Shown here piece by piece: positions 36,450 through 48,926 of a stretch of DNA of 64,000 nucleotides (position 1 is its first letter; every line of letters begins with the position of its first letter). The stretch lies in contig NC_043018.1 in assembly GCF_006345805.1 (NCBI RefSeq), positions 10,788,001 through 10,852,000 of the forward strand, given 5' to 3'. The stretch is from Octopus sinensis. Taxonomy: Eukaryota. Under the pieces are notes generated by a model. That model had not been told where the DNA came from, made no database searches, and worked only from the letters and a program-made list of their open reading frames with translations. Both the position numbers and the translations under genes were made by a program.

Positions 36450-36625
36450 GCGAGCAGGCCAACATCCCCTACCCCACGATCAGAGGGCTAGTCTGTTGTA
36501 AGTTTACCCATTAACAGCTGAATGAACTGGAGTAACGTGAAATGAAGTATCTTGCTCAAAAACACAACGCCCAGCCGCTCTGGAAATCGAAACCACGGTC
36601 TCACAATCGTGAGTGCAACAAGCTT
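36450..36625 (-). mobile_element. Probable third tRNA-derived SINE remnant
   Basis: Minus strand ggtttcgatttcc (B-box-like) followed by gttgtgtttttgagcaagatacttcatttcacgttactccagttcattcagctg, resembling conserved SINE central domains. Single copy here. Confidence 0.45.
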
Positions 36626-36748
36626 CACCACATGGCTTAAAGTAGAAGACACTTACTCAAGGTAACATGGAAGCATATGATTGAGATGCAGACTTGTTAC
36701 CACGCAGCCACGCCTCTCTCCCCTCTTCCCCTCTCTTTCTCTCTTTAG

Positions 36749-36823
<75 letters not shown>

Positions 36824-37336
36824 CATATAAGAGGGATGACCACTAAGTGAACATCCATCTGCTAGAAGTCGAGAATTATCTTCTGCAGAATTATTTCCGT
36901 TATTTTGGCGCGCCAAAACGAAAACTTTTGAAATATAACCCCAAATGTAATTGGTAGAACTATATACATGTTCAATCCCATGCGGATGTCTCGTGTGTAG
37001 TTCTGCAAATTATATTTTGCTATGAAGATCACACTGACGAGTTGCGGACATCTACGTAACAACGAAACTGGTTTGTGATTAATCTGTATATTTTGTATCT
37101 TTTCATTTGTCTTGCTCGCTTACGTTCTGGCGTTTGCCGAATTTTCTTGAGAACAATCTTTTCTTTATGGTCAGACCATACAGGGTCGACTTCTAGCATA
37201 ATGGAATCTACTTATATGTATGTAATATAATTTTTCTGAATCTTCAGATTTTTCTATATGCTAGACTACTGGTTTTAAATTGATATTAATCAAATTTAAA
37301 AACCAATTTTTCACCCTTATTATTTTAAATTTATAT

Positions 37337-37367
<31 letters not shown>

Positions 37368-37394
37368 ATCAAATCAGATTTTAAAAAATCAATT

Positions 37395-37590
37395 CAAATA
37401 AACGAATGATAAAATTAACATACAAGAGGGCGTGCACAAGGAATGTATTAGCTTGACATCCGGTAAAATGAGAGAGTTTGAAGTTTCGAGCATTGCTCTT
37501 CGTCGGAAAAGAGAAAGGGAAAAGTCCAAAGAAGGAAAAGAAATCGCCAACAGCACGCTAATATCGAAGGGCGAGAATGAGTGCACAACA
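37395..37590 (-). repeat. Divergent family-D-like repeat with a hammerhead-like core
   Basis: Minus strand ccgacga-agagc-aat-gctc-gaaac-ttc at about 37480-37512. Boundaries are approximate. Confidence 0.4.
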
Positions 37591-38372
37591 GCCCATTGCA
37601 TATACATGTGCGTGTGTATATATATGTGTGTGTGTGTGTTCCCCACCATTGCTTGACAACCGGTGTTGGTTTGTTTATATAACCGTAAATTAGCGGTTCG
37701 ACATAAGACACTGAGTATGTCTGTCACTCCCTGTTGGTCTTAGATACCCGCGTGAGTAACGTCAGTGACACGTTCACAGATGTGCGAGCAACACTTTGTA
37801 GAGTATCAATAATTGCAGGAGGAAAAACTATATGGTGGCAAAGCGAGCTTCTTGTTGACAAAGCCATGCTTGCGTTCAACTCTTGAAATTTGTTGCTGGA
37901 TATTTTGCGAGCTACATACGTATTGCGACGTAGAAGACTCTTAAACCGAACTGGTCGACACGTGAAGCAGTTGTACAGTCGAGAAAAAAAACATTTGTTT
38001 TGAAACAGTTATTAAAGAGGTTGTTACACAGCAATATTAGTCGATATAAACTATGAGATTTGGAGAAAAACGTTCGCTGTGACTTTGAAAGTTTTTCTCT
38101 CGCAAATAATACACAATTAGCGAAAAAAACAACAAAAAATTTTAAAAAACCTACCGCTGCAAAATAGGTGGAAAAACTTGAGTGTTTTAACAAAACACAC
38201 ACACACACACAATCGCTCACTCACTCACACACAAGAATAAGCACTGGAACCAAACCGTGTCACTGTAAAACGTGGGAAAATTTTCATTAAGATTTCTCTT
38301 TCTTTTCCTTTCTTTCCCTTTATGCGTGTGCACGTGATTTGTACATGTATGTATAATTCATATATATATGTT

Positions 38373-38419
<47 letters not shown>

Positions 38420-38724
38420 TATATATATGTCTATAATACAAATAAGAAAATGGAGAAACAAATTTGGTTTATTCATCAACTTTCGGATATTATAGTGTTG
38501 GATTATTTATTCATTTAACAAAATGAGAACCTTAATAACATACATGTATATCTTATAATTCAATACATATAAGATAAGAATACAAATTATAAAATTCATA
38601 ATATATATTATTGAAATCATTAAAATCATTCTTACAGCTGTTTCAGCCTATGGTTAAAAATAGTTATTTTTGTTGTTAAGTATAAAGTTTTATAAAAAGT
38701 ATGTGTGCATGTACACGGTAGCCC

Positions 38725-39160
38725 GATGTCACATGGTGGTCAGTTGTTATAGATTGCGGTCTATGACGTGGTAGTGGTCAATCGTTGGTATGGTGACCAC
38801 TTGTTATTGGCTGCGGTGACACATCTATGATTTCATGTTGGTCAATTGTCGGTCAGTTGTTTGTCAGTTGATACAGACTCCAGCGCCGCATAGTCACATA
38901 ATAGTCAGCTGTTGTTCAATCGTTATAGACCTATGATACCTGTTAGTGGTCAGTTGTTGGTCAATTCTTATTTGTTGTGGTGGCACATTTATAACATGAT
39001 AGGGGTCGGTTGTTAGCCCTTATAGACTGTGGCAGGCCATCAATTGTTGGTCAGTTGTTATACATTATGGTAACACATCTTTGATATGGTGGTGGTGAGT
39101 TGTTGGTCAGTCGTTATAGCTTTTGCTATATCTATGACATATTTATGAACTGGTCATCAA
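38725..39160. repeat. Highly degenerate minisatellite built on ggtcagttgtt-like motifs
   Basis: Recurrent ggtc(a)(g/a)ttgtt / gttatag / tatga words. Confidence 0.6.
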
Positions 39161-39437
39161 TTATTTGCCAATTACCACTGTCCGGTCCCATAATAGTCAT
39201 TGAAATCCAAAAATCCTTGTTTACCGTTTTAGCATACGCTTTCCTGTCTGGTTTTCACAAAGACTGTCGGTTAACATGCTGTTTACCGTCGCAAAAGAAA
39301 GGAAAGTAAATTGTGATAAAAACCGGAAGTGACGACACTGACATCCCATAAATTCATGCGAACTATGTATGTATAACTAATGTATATAATGTATATATAC
39401 TTAATATAACATGAATACTGTAGATATATATTTTATA

Positions 39438-39733
39438 CAGGCGTGGCTGTGTAGTAAGAAGTTTGCTTTTCAACCACATGGTTTTGGGTTCAGTACCACT
39501 GCGCGACACCTTGGGTAAGCGTCTTCAACTATGGCCTCAAAAGCCTTGTGAGTGGATTTGGTAGACGGAAAATGAAAGCAGTCCGACGTCCGATCACCGA
39601 AGTTAAGCAAGGTCGAGCCTAGTAAGTACTTAGATGGGTGACCGCTTGGGAAACCTAGGTGCTGTGAGCATCTCACCTAAGGCGGCGGTGCTCCAGCATG
39701 GCTGCAGTCAAATGACTGAAACATGTAAAAGAG
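39438..39733 (+). mobile_element. Chimeric SINE-B head / 5S rRNA segment / SINE-B tail
   Basis: SINE-B 5' half to about 39586, 5S-derived 39587-39671, then ggcggtgctccagcatggctgcagtcaaatgactgaaac. Confidence 0.85.
39587..39671 (+). pseudogene. 5'-truncated 5S rRNA pseudogene segment (approximately nt 36-120)
   Basis: cgtccgatcaccgaagttaagcaaggtcgagcctagtaagtacttagatgggtgaccgcttgggaaacctaggtgctgtgagcat aligns by eye to invertebrate 5S rRNA, including box A (agttaagc) and box C (gatgggtgaccgc). Confidence 0.88.
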
Positions 39734-39741
39734 TGTATATA

Positions 39742-40125
39742 TAGGCGTAGGAGTGGCTGTGTGGTAAGTAGCTTGCTTACTAACCACATGGTTCCGGGTT
39801 CAGCCCCACTGCGTGGCACCTTGGGAAAGGGTATTCTACTATAGCCTCGGGCCGACCAAAGCTTTTTGAGTGGATTTGGCAGACGGAAACTGAAAGAAGC
39901 CCGTCGTATATATATATATGTGTGTATGTGTGTTTGTTCCCCTAACATCGCTTGACAACCGATGCTGATGTTTTTACGTCCTCGTAACTTAGCGGTTCGG
40001 CAAAAGAGACGGATAGAATAAGTACTAGGCTAACAAAGAATAAGTCCTGGGGTCGATTTGCTCGACTAAAGGCGGTGCTCCAGCATGGCCGCAGTCAAAT
40101 GACCGAAACAAATAAAGGAATAAAA
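39742..40125 (+). mobile_element. SINE-B, full length, in tandem directly after the chimera
   Basis: aggcgtaggagtggctgtgtggtaag ... gaccgaaacaaataaagga. Confidence 0.9.
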
Positions 40126-40224
<99 letters not shown>

Positions 40225-41659
40225 AGAAAGAGAGTGCGTGTGTGTGTGGTGTGTGTGTGTCTTTGTGTCTGTGTTTGTCCCCCGCCACCGCTTGATAATC
40301 GGTGTTGGTGTGTATACGTCCCCGTAACTTTGCGGTTCGGCAAAAGAAAACCGATAAAATAAGAACCAGGCCTTATAAAAAATAAGTACTGGGGTCGATT
40401 CGTCCAACTATATATCTTCAAGGTGAAGCCCCAGCATGACCGCCGTCTATTGACTGAAACAAGGAAAAGACAAACGATGAAAACAATCACATAACCGCCA
40501 TTGATGCACAGAATGAGATCCATGAATATTTCTTTATTATCCCTAAATCTGTCTCGCCCCACAAGCCCCTGAAGCCATGAAAATAAATCATTAGCAGTCC
40601 CCTATTCTGGCCTAAGTTTCTTTTGTCGTCGCTTACACATTTTATCGCAATTTACTTTCATTGTTTTAGAACGACTTACTTTCACTTTTTTTACGAAGCT
40701 AAACTACATCTTTAAACCAGATTATGACCCTAAGCATTTTCCCTCAATAATCTTTCTTTAAACTTATCAACTTCGCTACTTCCCCACTCACCCAAATCTA
40801 CCCCCTTGTTTTCAGCAATCTCGGAACCGATGTTACTTCTACACCCCCTCCTCGTCTTACTTTTCTAAATAACAAGCTAACGAACTAATTTTCTTATTGT
40901 ATGTTCACCGTTCTTCACATTGTTTCTGTTCCTTCGTTGTTAATGGCATCGTTCCCAAAACTTAACCAAACAGTAATTCGTTTGCCACAAGTCTTTTTTA
41001 CTCTATTAACGTCGACAATTCTTACAATAAACAAACATTTCTTCCATTCCTACAACCTGGGATTCATTTGTGACGTAGCAAATTCTGGCAACCAACAGAG
41101 GCGTAACAAGGCGAAGTCAGTTGAGGAGGGGAAGTTGATCTTTGGATACAGATGTGATAGGGTGCAAGATTTATCTCTGATCTATGAGGCTTTCTGATGA
41201 AGGTGAAGGCGCCCCGAAATGTCTTTTAGCACCTAAGCGCTGAGAACTTTGCTTTGTCAGTGGCTACCATTTCTTTTAAATGAGGTGTCAGAACATCGAT
41301 ATAGTCACTTCATCTACAAGAAATAGCAGCCAAATCTCCCTCAAGTTATGTCCTACTATTGTTTATAATTTTTTTTTGTAATTGAAAAATATATTGGATA
41401 ATGCTGTGCTAAATAGTTTTGTTTGAATAAGCCACGGCTGGAACGTATTTAATCATAGGTGTCCTTGAAAATGACTGACCGAGGACAAAACAACAACATC
41501 TTGAATGAAACCAAGGGCGATAAACTTCTGTAAATCAAGACAGCGACAGGGTTTCGAATACAGGTACACACACACGAACACACGCGCATACATTGAACAT
41601 GTGCGGGTATATTTGTATGTATGCATACGTGTGTACGCGTTTAAGTATGTTTATGGATG

Positions 41660-42047
41660 TAAATACTCTTTTACTTGTTTCAGCCATGCTGGAGCACCGC
41701 CTTTAATCGGGCAACTCGACTTATTCTTTTGTAAGCCCAGTACTTATTCTATCGGTCTCTTTTGCCGAATCGCTAAGTAACGGGGACATAAACACACCAG
41801 CATCGGTTGTCAAGCAATGCTTGGGGGACAAACACAGACACACAAACACACACACGCATATATATATATATATATATACATATATACGACGGGCTTCTTT
41901 CAGTTTCTGTCTACCAAATCCACTCACAAGGCTTTGATCGGCCTGAGGCTATAGTAGAAGACACTTGCCCAAGGTGCCACGGAGTGGGACTGAACCCGGA
42001 ACCATGTGGTTGGTAAGCAAGCTACTTACCACACAGCCTGTGCCTAT
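41660..42047 (-). mobile_element. SINE-B
   Basis: Reverse complement of the consensus with small deletions. Confidence 0.85.
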
Positions 42048-42194
42048 ATATATATATACACAAGCATACATATACATATATCCTTTACCTTCTACTTGCT
42101 TCAGTCATAGACTGCGGCCATGCTGGGGTACTGCCTTGAAGAATTTTAATCAAAGGAATCGACTTATTTTTTTAAGCGCCGGAAGTTGTTGTTG

Positions 42195-42430
42195 AACTTG
42201 TTGCAAACAACACCTCTGATTGTTTTCACTTCAATAGAGGTCATTGATTGGTTGAAATTGCCGAAATGCAAGAAATTAAACAAGAAATAGCTTACAAACT
42301 ACATAATTTTCTCAAGAACGCCAAGAGAAAAAGATGTTTATGTGACACATTCTACCAGTATACGAAGTTTAAAAGTGTTTCGTTACGTGGAAATTATTTT
42401 TAAGATCTGCCGGTCAAAGTGAAAAGATCC
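42195..42430 (+). mobile_element. Diverged MITE-G right half
   Basis: cttcaatagaggtcattgattggttgaaattg...gccggtcaaagtgaaaagatcc. Confidence 0.7.
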
Positions 42431-43049
42431 CAGAGTGGTCCCTAGGTTGGTGGGCTGCCGTACAGCTATAGCCCAGCAAATTTCAGTCTTCAAGTTACTA
42501 GTCGAACGAGGAAATAGTAAAAGACACTTGGCTAAGGTACCATGCAGCGAAAAAGTACCATACATCACGTATTTGGAAAGCGAACCTCTTATCTATACAG
42601 TCACAACGACCCTTCTTTTAGAATAAAAATAAGAAGTAAAAATGAAAATGAAATTACAATCGTAAATCGAACGCGAGTCGCAGACAGCGCGTTAAACGGG
42701 ATTTCCCTAATGGTGTGTTAAAATATTAGGCCAGGTAGATTTTCAGCAGAACTCGAGAGAGATAAGGCTGAGATATTTTTAGTCATGATGACAGCCTAGA
42801 GAGTGGAAATGGAGAGGAAGATATTCCCTGATAATAGAACACTTGGAATTTGAGTGAAGGTGTTTGTTGTAATCGAGTGGGAAAGAGAGGAAGACAATGG
42901 AGGCGGGTGTATGTGTGTGTGTTGGAGCGGGTGGAAGTGTGAGCGAAAGTTGGAGTGAGAGAGGGAGGGGGGATGTAAGCGAACTAATGTCCTTGTGTGT
43001 GAGAGAGAGAGAGCTACTGCCATTATATGTGTATGTATGCATACATACA

Positions 43050-43817
43050 TACATACATACATATATATATGACTATGTATGTGTGTGTGAGTGAATGTGT
43101 ATGTTTGTATATTAATGTGTGTGAATAATCATGTATAGTAACTATTTATGTGTATGTGCGTGTGTGTCAGCGACTGTATGTAAGAGAGAGAGAGAGTGTG
43201 TATGTATATGCGTGAGTGTTGATGTTTATGAGCGTGTGTATGTGTATTTATACCCATGTGTGCGTTACTATGTACGCGTGTGTGCGTGAATGAGTGGAAG
43301 AGAAAAAAGTGGGGGAAGGGGAGGTAGAGAAAGAAGAAATGCAAAGTAGCGGAACAAATTGGGGAAGAGGGAGGAGTAGGAGGTAAAAGAGAGAAAGAGA
43401 AAGAGTAATAGAAGTATGTTGTAGGGAAATAGGAAAGGGGGAAGTAATGAAGAGTATAAAGAAAGAGTAAGAGATAATAAGAGGAGTAGAGGTAAAAGAA
43501 ATAAGAGAGAGGGTGTAAATAGGGATGATGTAATAAAAACAGAGTAAAATGAGTGAGTAAAAGTGACAGAATAAAGACAAGAGAGAGAGTAAAAGTGAGA
43601 GTCGGCAAGAGAGAGGTAAATGAAAGATAAGGGAAAGAGTAAAAGAAAGAGAGATGAGAGTGAATGAGTGAGTGATGAGAGAGAGATTATACAAGAAAAC
43701 GAGAGAGTGAGAATGAGAAAGAGAAATTGAGAACGAAAGAGAGCTATTAGAGAGAGAGATAGTAGTAAGATAGATTGCTCACAGAGGAAGTGCTAAAAGA
43801 GAGAGAAAGTGTTAAGA

Positions 43818-43852
<35 letters not shown>

Positions 43853-45215
43853 TATGTAAGAAAGTGAAGATAATAAGAAATGCGTAAAGAGAAAGAGAGA
43901 GAGAAGGAGAAGGAAAGATGAAGGAGGGAACGATTGAGCGGGCAAGATGGAGGCGTGTGTCGGCTGTTGGCAGATAAATGGATAAAGTCGAGGGTAAAAT
44001 GACTGAATGATGTTCGGATTGTTGAGGATTTGACTGAGTTTAATGAAGGTGACCAAAGTAAAGCGGTTTTGATGGTTGTTAATAATGGCTGTGAGGGAGG
44101 AGGAGGTGGGAAGTAAATGAACAATGACCAATGGTTTGGTAAAGACCAATTACTGTGTGGTCGTCTGGTTGTATGTGTGAGTGATTGTATGGTTAGTATG
44201 TGTGATTGTCTAGTATGTGTGTCTATGTGATTGATTGTAGGTGTGTGTGTGTATGTAAATGATTGTGCATAGTGTTGTATGTGTATGTAACTGACTATGC
44301 ATAATGGTGTATAGATGTGATTAAACAGTGTGTGTGTGTGTGTGTGTGCGTGCGTGTTCGTCATTATGTATGTGTATGATCGCCGAGTTATAGTTATGTG
44401 TGAGAGTGATTGTGTATAGTGGTGTATGTGTGTGATTGCGTATGATGATGTAATTGTGTGATTGTCTCGTTGTAGGTGTGTGTATGTGTGACTGTGTATA
44501 GTTGCGTACATGAGTGATTGTGTAGTTGAATATATGTGTGTAATTGTCTAGTTGTATGTATCTGTGTAAGTGATTGTGTATCTGTGATTGTCTAGTTGTA
44601 TGTGTGTGTGTAATTGATTATGTATAGTGGCGTATGTGTGTGTGTGGTTCATTGCATGTTTATGTATATGTGTGTGATTGTCTAGCTGTGTAAGCTATTG
44701 TCGTGTGTATGTGTGTGTCTGGTTTTATATGTGCGTGTGTAAGCACGTAGCCTGGCTATGCATGTGTATCATTGACTATCTGTGTGTGTAAATGATTGTA
44801 TATGATAGTGTTAATGTGATTAAAGTTATGTGTATGTGTGTTATTGTCTGGCAATGTGTGTGTGGTTGTACATGGTGGTGTATATGTGTGATTGATTGTA
44901 TGTATGCATGCGTGACTGTGTAAAGTTATCTATGTGTGTGCGTGTGATTGAGTATGAGGTTATGACTGGATGAGTGTGCGTCTGTGTGTGTCCCGTTACA
45001 TGTGTGTATGTGGTTGTCTGGTTTTATGTGTGTATGTGTCTGAGATTGGCTTCGTGTATGTATTTAAGATGGTGTGTGTGTGTGTGATTGCATATGGTTT
45101 GGCATTTGTATGATTGTCTGACTGTTATTTGTGTGTATGATTATCTGTCTGTATGTGTGTGTGTATGTGATTGGGTGTGTATAAGTATATGTCTAGTTGT
45201 ATGGATGTATGTAAA
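43050..45215. repeat. Extended low-complexity zone: GA-rich (~43250-43920) then degenerate GT-rich (~44150-45215)
   Basis: Direct inspection. Recurrent tgtgtgattgtctagttgtatg words. Confidence 0.85.
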
Positions 45216-45220
45216 TCTTT

Positions 45221-45552
45221 ACTCTTTTACTTGTTTCAGTGATTTGACTGCGGCCATGCTGGAGCACCGCCTTTAATCGAGCAACTCGACCCCGGGACTT
45301 ATTCTATCGGTCTCTTTTGCCGAACCGCTAGGTAACGGGGACATAAACACACCAGCATCGGTTGTCAAGCAATGCTTGGGGGACAAACACAGACACACAA
45401 ACACACACATGCATATACATATATATACTCACAAGGCTTTGGTCGGCCCGAGGCTATAGTAGAAGACACTTGCCCAAGGTGCCACGCAGTGGGACTGAAC
45501 CCGGAACCATGTGGCTGGTAAACAAGCTACTTACCACACATCCACTCCTGCG

Positions 45553-45555
<3 letters not shown>
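45221..45555 (-). mobile_element. SINE-B (with internal deletions)
   Basis: Reverse complement of the consensus. It lacks a 24-bp segment between acttattc direct repeats. Confidence 0.88.
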
Positions 45556-45585
<30 letters not shown>

Positions 45586-45589
<4 letters not shown>

Positions 45590-45760
45590 TGGTGTGTTTA
45601 TGTCCCCGTTACTTAGCGGTTCGGCAAAAGAGACCGATAGAATAAGTACTGGGCTTACAAAAGAATAAGTCCCGGGGTCGAGTTGCTCGATTAAAGGCGG
45701 TGCTCCAGCATGGCCGCAGTCAAATGACTGAAACAAGTAAAAGAGTAAAGAGTAAGAGTA
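45586..45760 (+). mobile_element. SINE-B 3' half, inverted relative to the adjacent copy
   Basis: atgctggtgtgtttatgtccccgttac...gagttgctcgattaaagg...aaaagagta. Confidence 0.88.
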
Positions 45761-45768
45761 TGTATATA

Positions 45769-46274
45769 TCTATATATATAAAACTGTAGTTGTGTGAGTG
45801 TCTGTCCCCTTCGATTTAGATTCCTAACTCCTCCCACATTTTGCGGTGCAGTTTAACCAAATTCGGGTATCTTATAGTCGTGATTCATATCGAGCCCGTC
45901 TGGCTATTAGCGCGCGTCAACGATGAGTCTACGATTTTAAAAATAATTTAACATCATTTTTTATTCCATTTTAATGCATAAAATGCATCGTATGTCGATG
46001 GCGGCGGAGTTGGCGTCCACGCTCACAGCTGCACCTGTTTGCTTCTCCCCCTTCCCTCCCTCGTGAAGCTGTGGGGAAGGGAGTGTAAAGAAATCAACGT
46101 CGTAATGCGTTGTGAAGGAAACCAGCGTTCTTTTAGAACAACGACTTCATGGCTTGAAGACACCAAAACAAAAATGGCTAAGAAAGCCCGAATTTATAAG
46201 GGAAGTAACTCTCTAAAAATGCTTATATAGTTATTTCCCTTACAAACCCGAGCAACGCCGGGCGATACTGCTAG
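45769..46274 (+). mobile_element. Non-autonomous Helitron, second copy
   Basis: A|TCTATATATATAAAA ... cccgagcaacgccgggcgatactgCTAG|T. Confidence 0.85.
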
Positions 46275-46966
46275 TATATATATATGTGTGTGTGTGTATG
46301 TGCGAGTGTGATTAATCTAGTTGTATCTGAGTGTGTATGCGTGTACACATGATTATGGTGAAGTAAATATGTGTGAGTTGTATAATGCAAATAAATATGA
46401 GAACAGTGCGTATGTAGTTATTTAGCCCCGGGTCAACCACGTTGAGGCTGACTTCTATTCAAAGGTATTCCAGTTATGACCAGCCTGTTGTGTTTTTTTA
46501 AGAATTAATATACGGCCCCACTATTTAATGTATTCTGTTATAAGAAGACATCTGATATAGTATTTAGCTTCCATTTTAAACGAGTTCAGCATCATGGACA
46601 CCCCACCCACCCCCATCGCTGTCTCGTATAATTAATTAACCTGTGTGTTAATTATAATTTGTTTGACTGGTTAAAATCATTGTCAACTCTCACTTAAAAT
46701 ATCTTCTACATAAACTAATAATAAAAACAGTTACTGATAATGTAATTAACGCAGTCAATACTAATTATTAATGCAGTGAGCATTTACTATGTAATTATGC
46801 TTTTCATGCTCCCGACGTTAATCCTTTAGCACTGAAACCAGCCATATCAGGCCTTACTCACCTACCCTACCATCTTATGTTGAACATAAGCAATCACATC
46901 ATCGAAATATCGAAGCTATAAGACAATACATGATTAATTTAAAACGATGTGAATAAATAAGCATTA

Positions 46967-47388
46967 GGATCTTTTCGGTTTGAACGGCAGTTTTTAAAAA
47001 TAATTTCCACGTAACTAAAAAATTTAAAACTTCGTATTCTGGTAGAATGTGTTTATAAAACATCTTTTTCTCTTGGCTTTATTGAGAAAATTCTATAGTT
47101 TGTAAGATATTTGTTGTTGTTTTTTTCTTCAATTTCTGCAATTTCAACCAACCAATGACGTCTATTGAGGTAAAAACATTCTGTGCCGTATGAATATGTC
47201 CCTCGTTTAAGAAACAGATTGAGTTTATTTACATTTGTGAAGAAAAGAAGATACCCTTCCCCCCACCCCCACCCCTAACCCCAAAACCGATTGAAATGCA
47301 ATAGATCAATACTAGGGTCATAATTATGGGTGACGATTTCATATGACACCGCTAGAACAAAAAACTGCCGTTCAAACCGAAAAGATCC
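46967..47388 (-). mobile_element. MITE-G
   Basis: Both TIRs. Perfect 8-bp TSD aagcatta. Confidence 0.93.
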
Positions 47389-47554
47389 AAGCATTACATT
47401 TGACAGAAAAATCTGAATATTAACATAGGTTTTTCATGTGAATAGCGTCACGGAGAAATTAACTTAGAGAGCTCATTCATCCATCAATCCATTTTTCTGT
47501 TCACAATTCCTGAGAGATTCGTGAGGACATAGTCTTTAATCACCTCCTCCATAA

Positions 47555-47805
47555 GGTCCTCTATCAGAGGTTGGATTCCCAAGAGTGGCCAACTGGCACT
47601 ATGGATATTATCCACCGATCTTATTCTTGGTCTGCCCTTAGGTCTTCTGCCAATTGGCTCAGCTTGGAACATCTGTCTTGTAACTTTTTCGTGTGACATT
47701 CAAATCACGTCTTTAGTTCTGGCGTTGTGATCGTTCAATGCGGGGAAGTAGCTACTCGACCTAGAGAGAGACACTCCGATTTACGAGTTACGCACTCAGT
47801 TAAGT
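47555..47805 (-). mobile_element. RTE-clade LINE 3' fragment
   Basis: LLPRIERSQ..MSHEKVTRQMFQAEPIGRRPKGRPRIRSVDNI, the RTE C-terminal GRRPxGRPRxRW motif. Confidence 0.75.
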
Positions 47806-47813
47806 AAAGTTAC

Positions 47814-48537
47814 GGATCTTTTCGGTTTGAACGGCAGTTTTTTAAAATAATTTCCACGTAACTAAACACTTTAAAACTTCGTATACTGGTAGAATGTGTT
47901 TATAAAACATCTTTTTTCTCTTGGTTTTATTGAGAAAATTCTATAGTTTGTAAGATATTTGTTGTTTTTCTTCAATTTCTGCAATTTCAACCAATCAATG
48001 ACGTCTATTGAGGTGAAAACATTCTGTGCTGTATGAATATGTCCCTCGTTTAAGAAACAGATTGGGTTTTTCTTTCTTTTATTCTTTTACTTGTTTCAGT
48101 CATTTGACTGCGGCCATGCTGGAGCACCGCCTTTAGTCGAGCAAATCGACCCCGGGACTTATTCTTTGTAAGCCCAGTACTTATTCTATCGGTCTCTTTT
48201 GCCGAACCGCTAGGTGACGGGGACGTAAACACACCAGCATCGGTTGTCAAGCAATGCTAGGGGGACAAACACAGACACACAAACACATACACACACACTT
48301 ATATATATATATATACACATATACGACAGGCTTCTTTCAGTTTCCGTCTACCAAATCCACTCACAAGGCATTGGTCGGCCCGGGGCTATAGCAGAAGACA
48401 CTTGCCCAAGATGCCACGTAGTGGGAGTGAACCCGGAACCATGTGGTTGGTTAGCAAGCTACTTACCACACAGCCACTCCTGCGCCTATATTTTATTCAC
48501 ATTTGTGAAGAAAAAAAGATACCCTTCCCCCCACCCC
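47814..48537 (-). mobile_element. MITE-G, truncated and split by a SINE-B insertion
   Basis: MITE sequence at 47814-48069 resumes at about 48492 (cacatttgtgaagaaaaaaagatacccttcc). Confidence 0.8.
48075..48487 (-). mobile_element. SINE-B, full length, nested in MITE-G
   Basis: Reverse complement of the consensus, with MITE sequence on both sides. Confidence 0.9.
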
Positions 48538-48926
48538 AGTACTTTTGTTTTTTAAGCCTGGTCCTTATTTTAGCGGCGACTTTTACCGAGCCGCTAAGTT
48601 ACGGGGACGTGAACACATCAACACCAGCTGTCAAGTTGTGGTGGGGGACATAGACAGACCATAGACACACACACGCACATACACATACGACGGACTTCTT
48701 TCGGTGTCCGTCAACCGAATCCACTCACAAGGCTTTGGACGGCCCGAGACTATAGTAGAGGACACTTGGCCAAGGTGCCACACATTGGGACTGAACCTGG
48801 AACCATGTGGTTGAGAAGCAAGCTTCTTACCACACAGCTACGCCAGCTCCTTTTTATTAATAATTTTTGTGAAATCAATAAAAATGCTATGAAACCTTTA
48901 ACAATGAATTTCAATAATCAATTTCA

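Noticed and set aside
43930-44150. Unique-looking island inside the low-complexity zone as a host exon
   Set aside because: A minus-strand pyrimidine tract plus cag exists, but there is no convincing donor and no recognisable protein motif.
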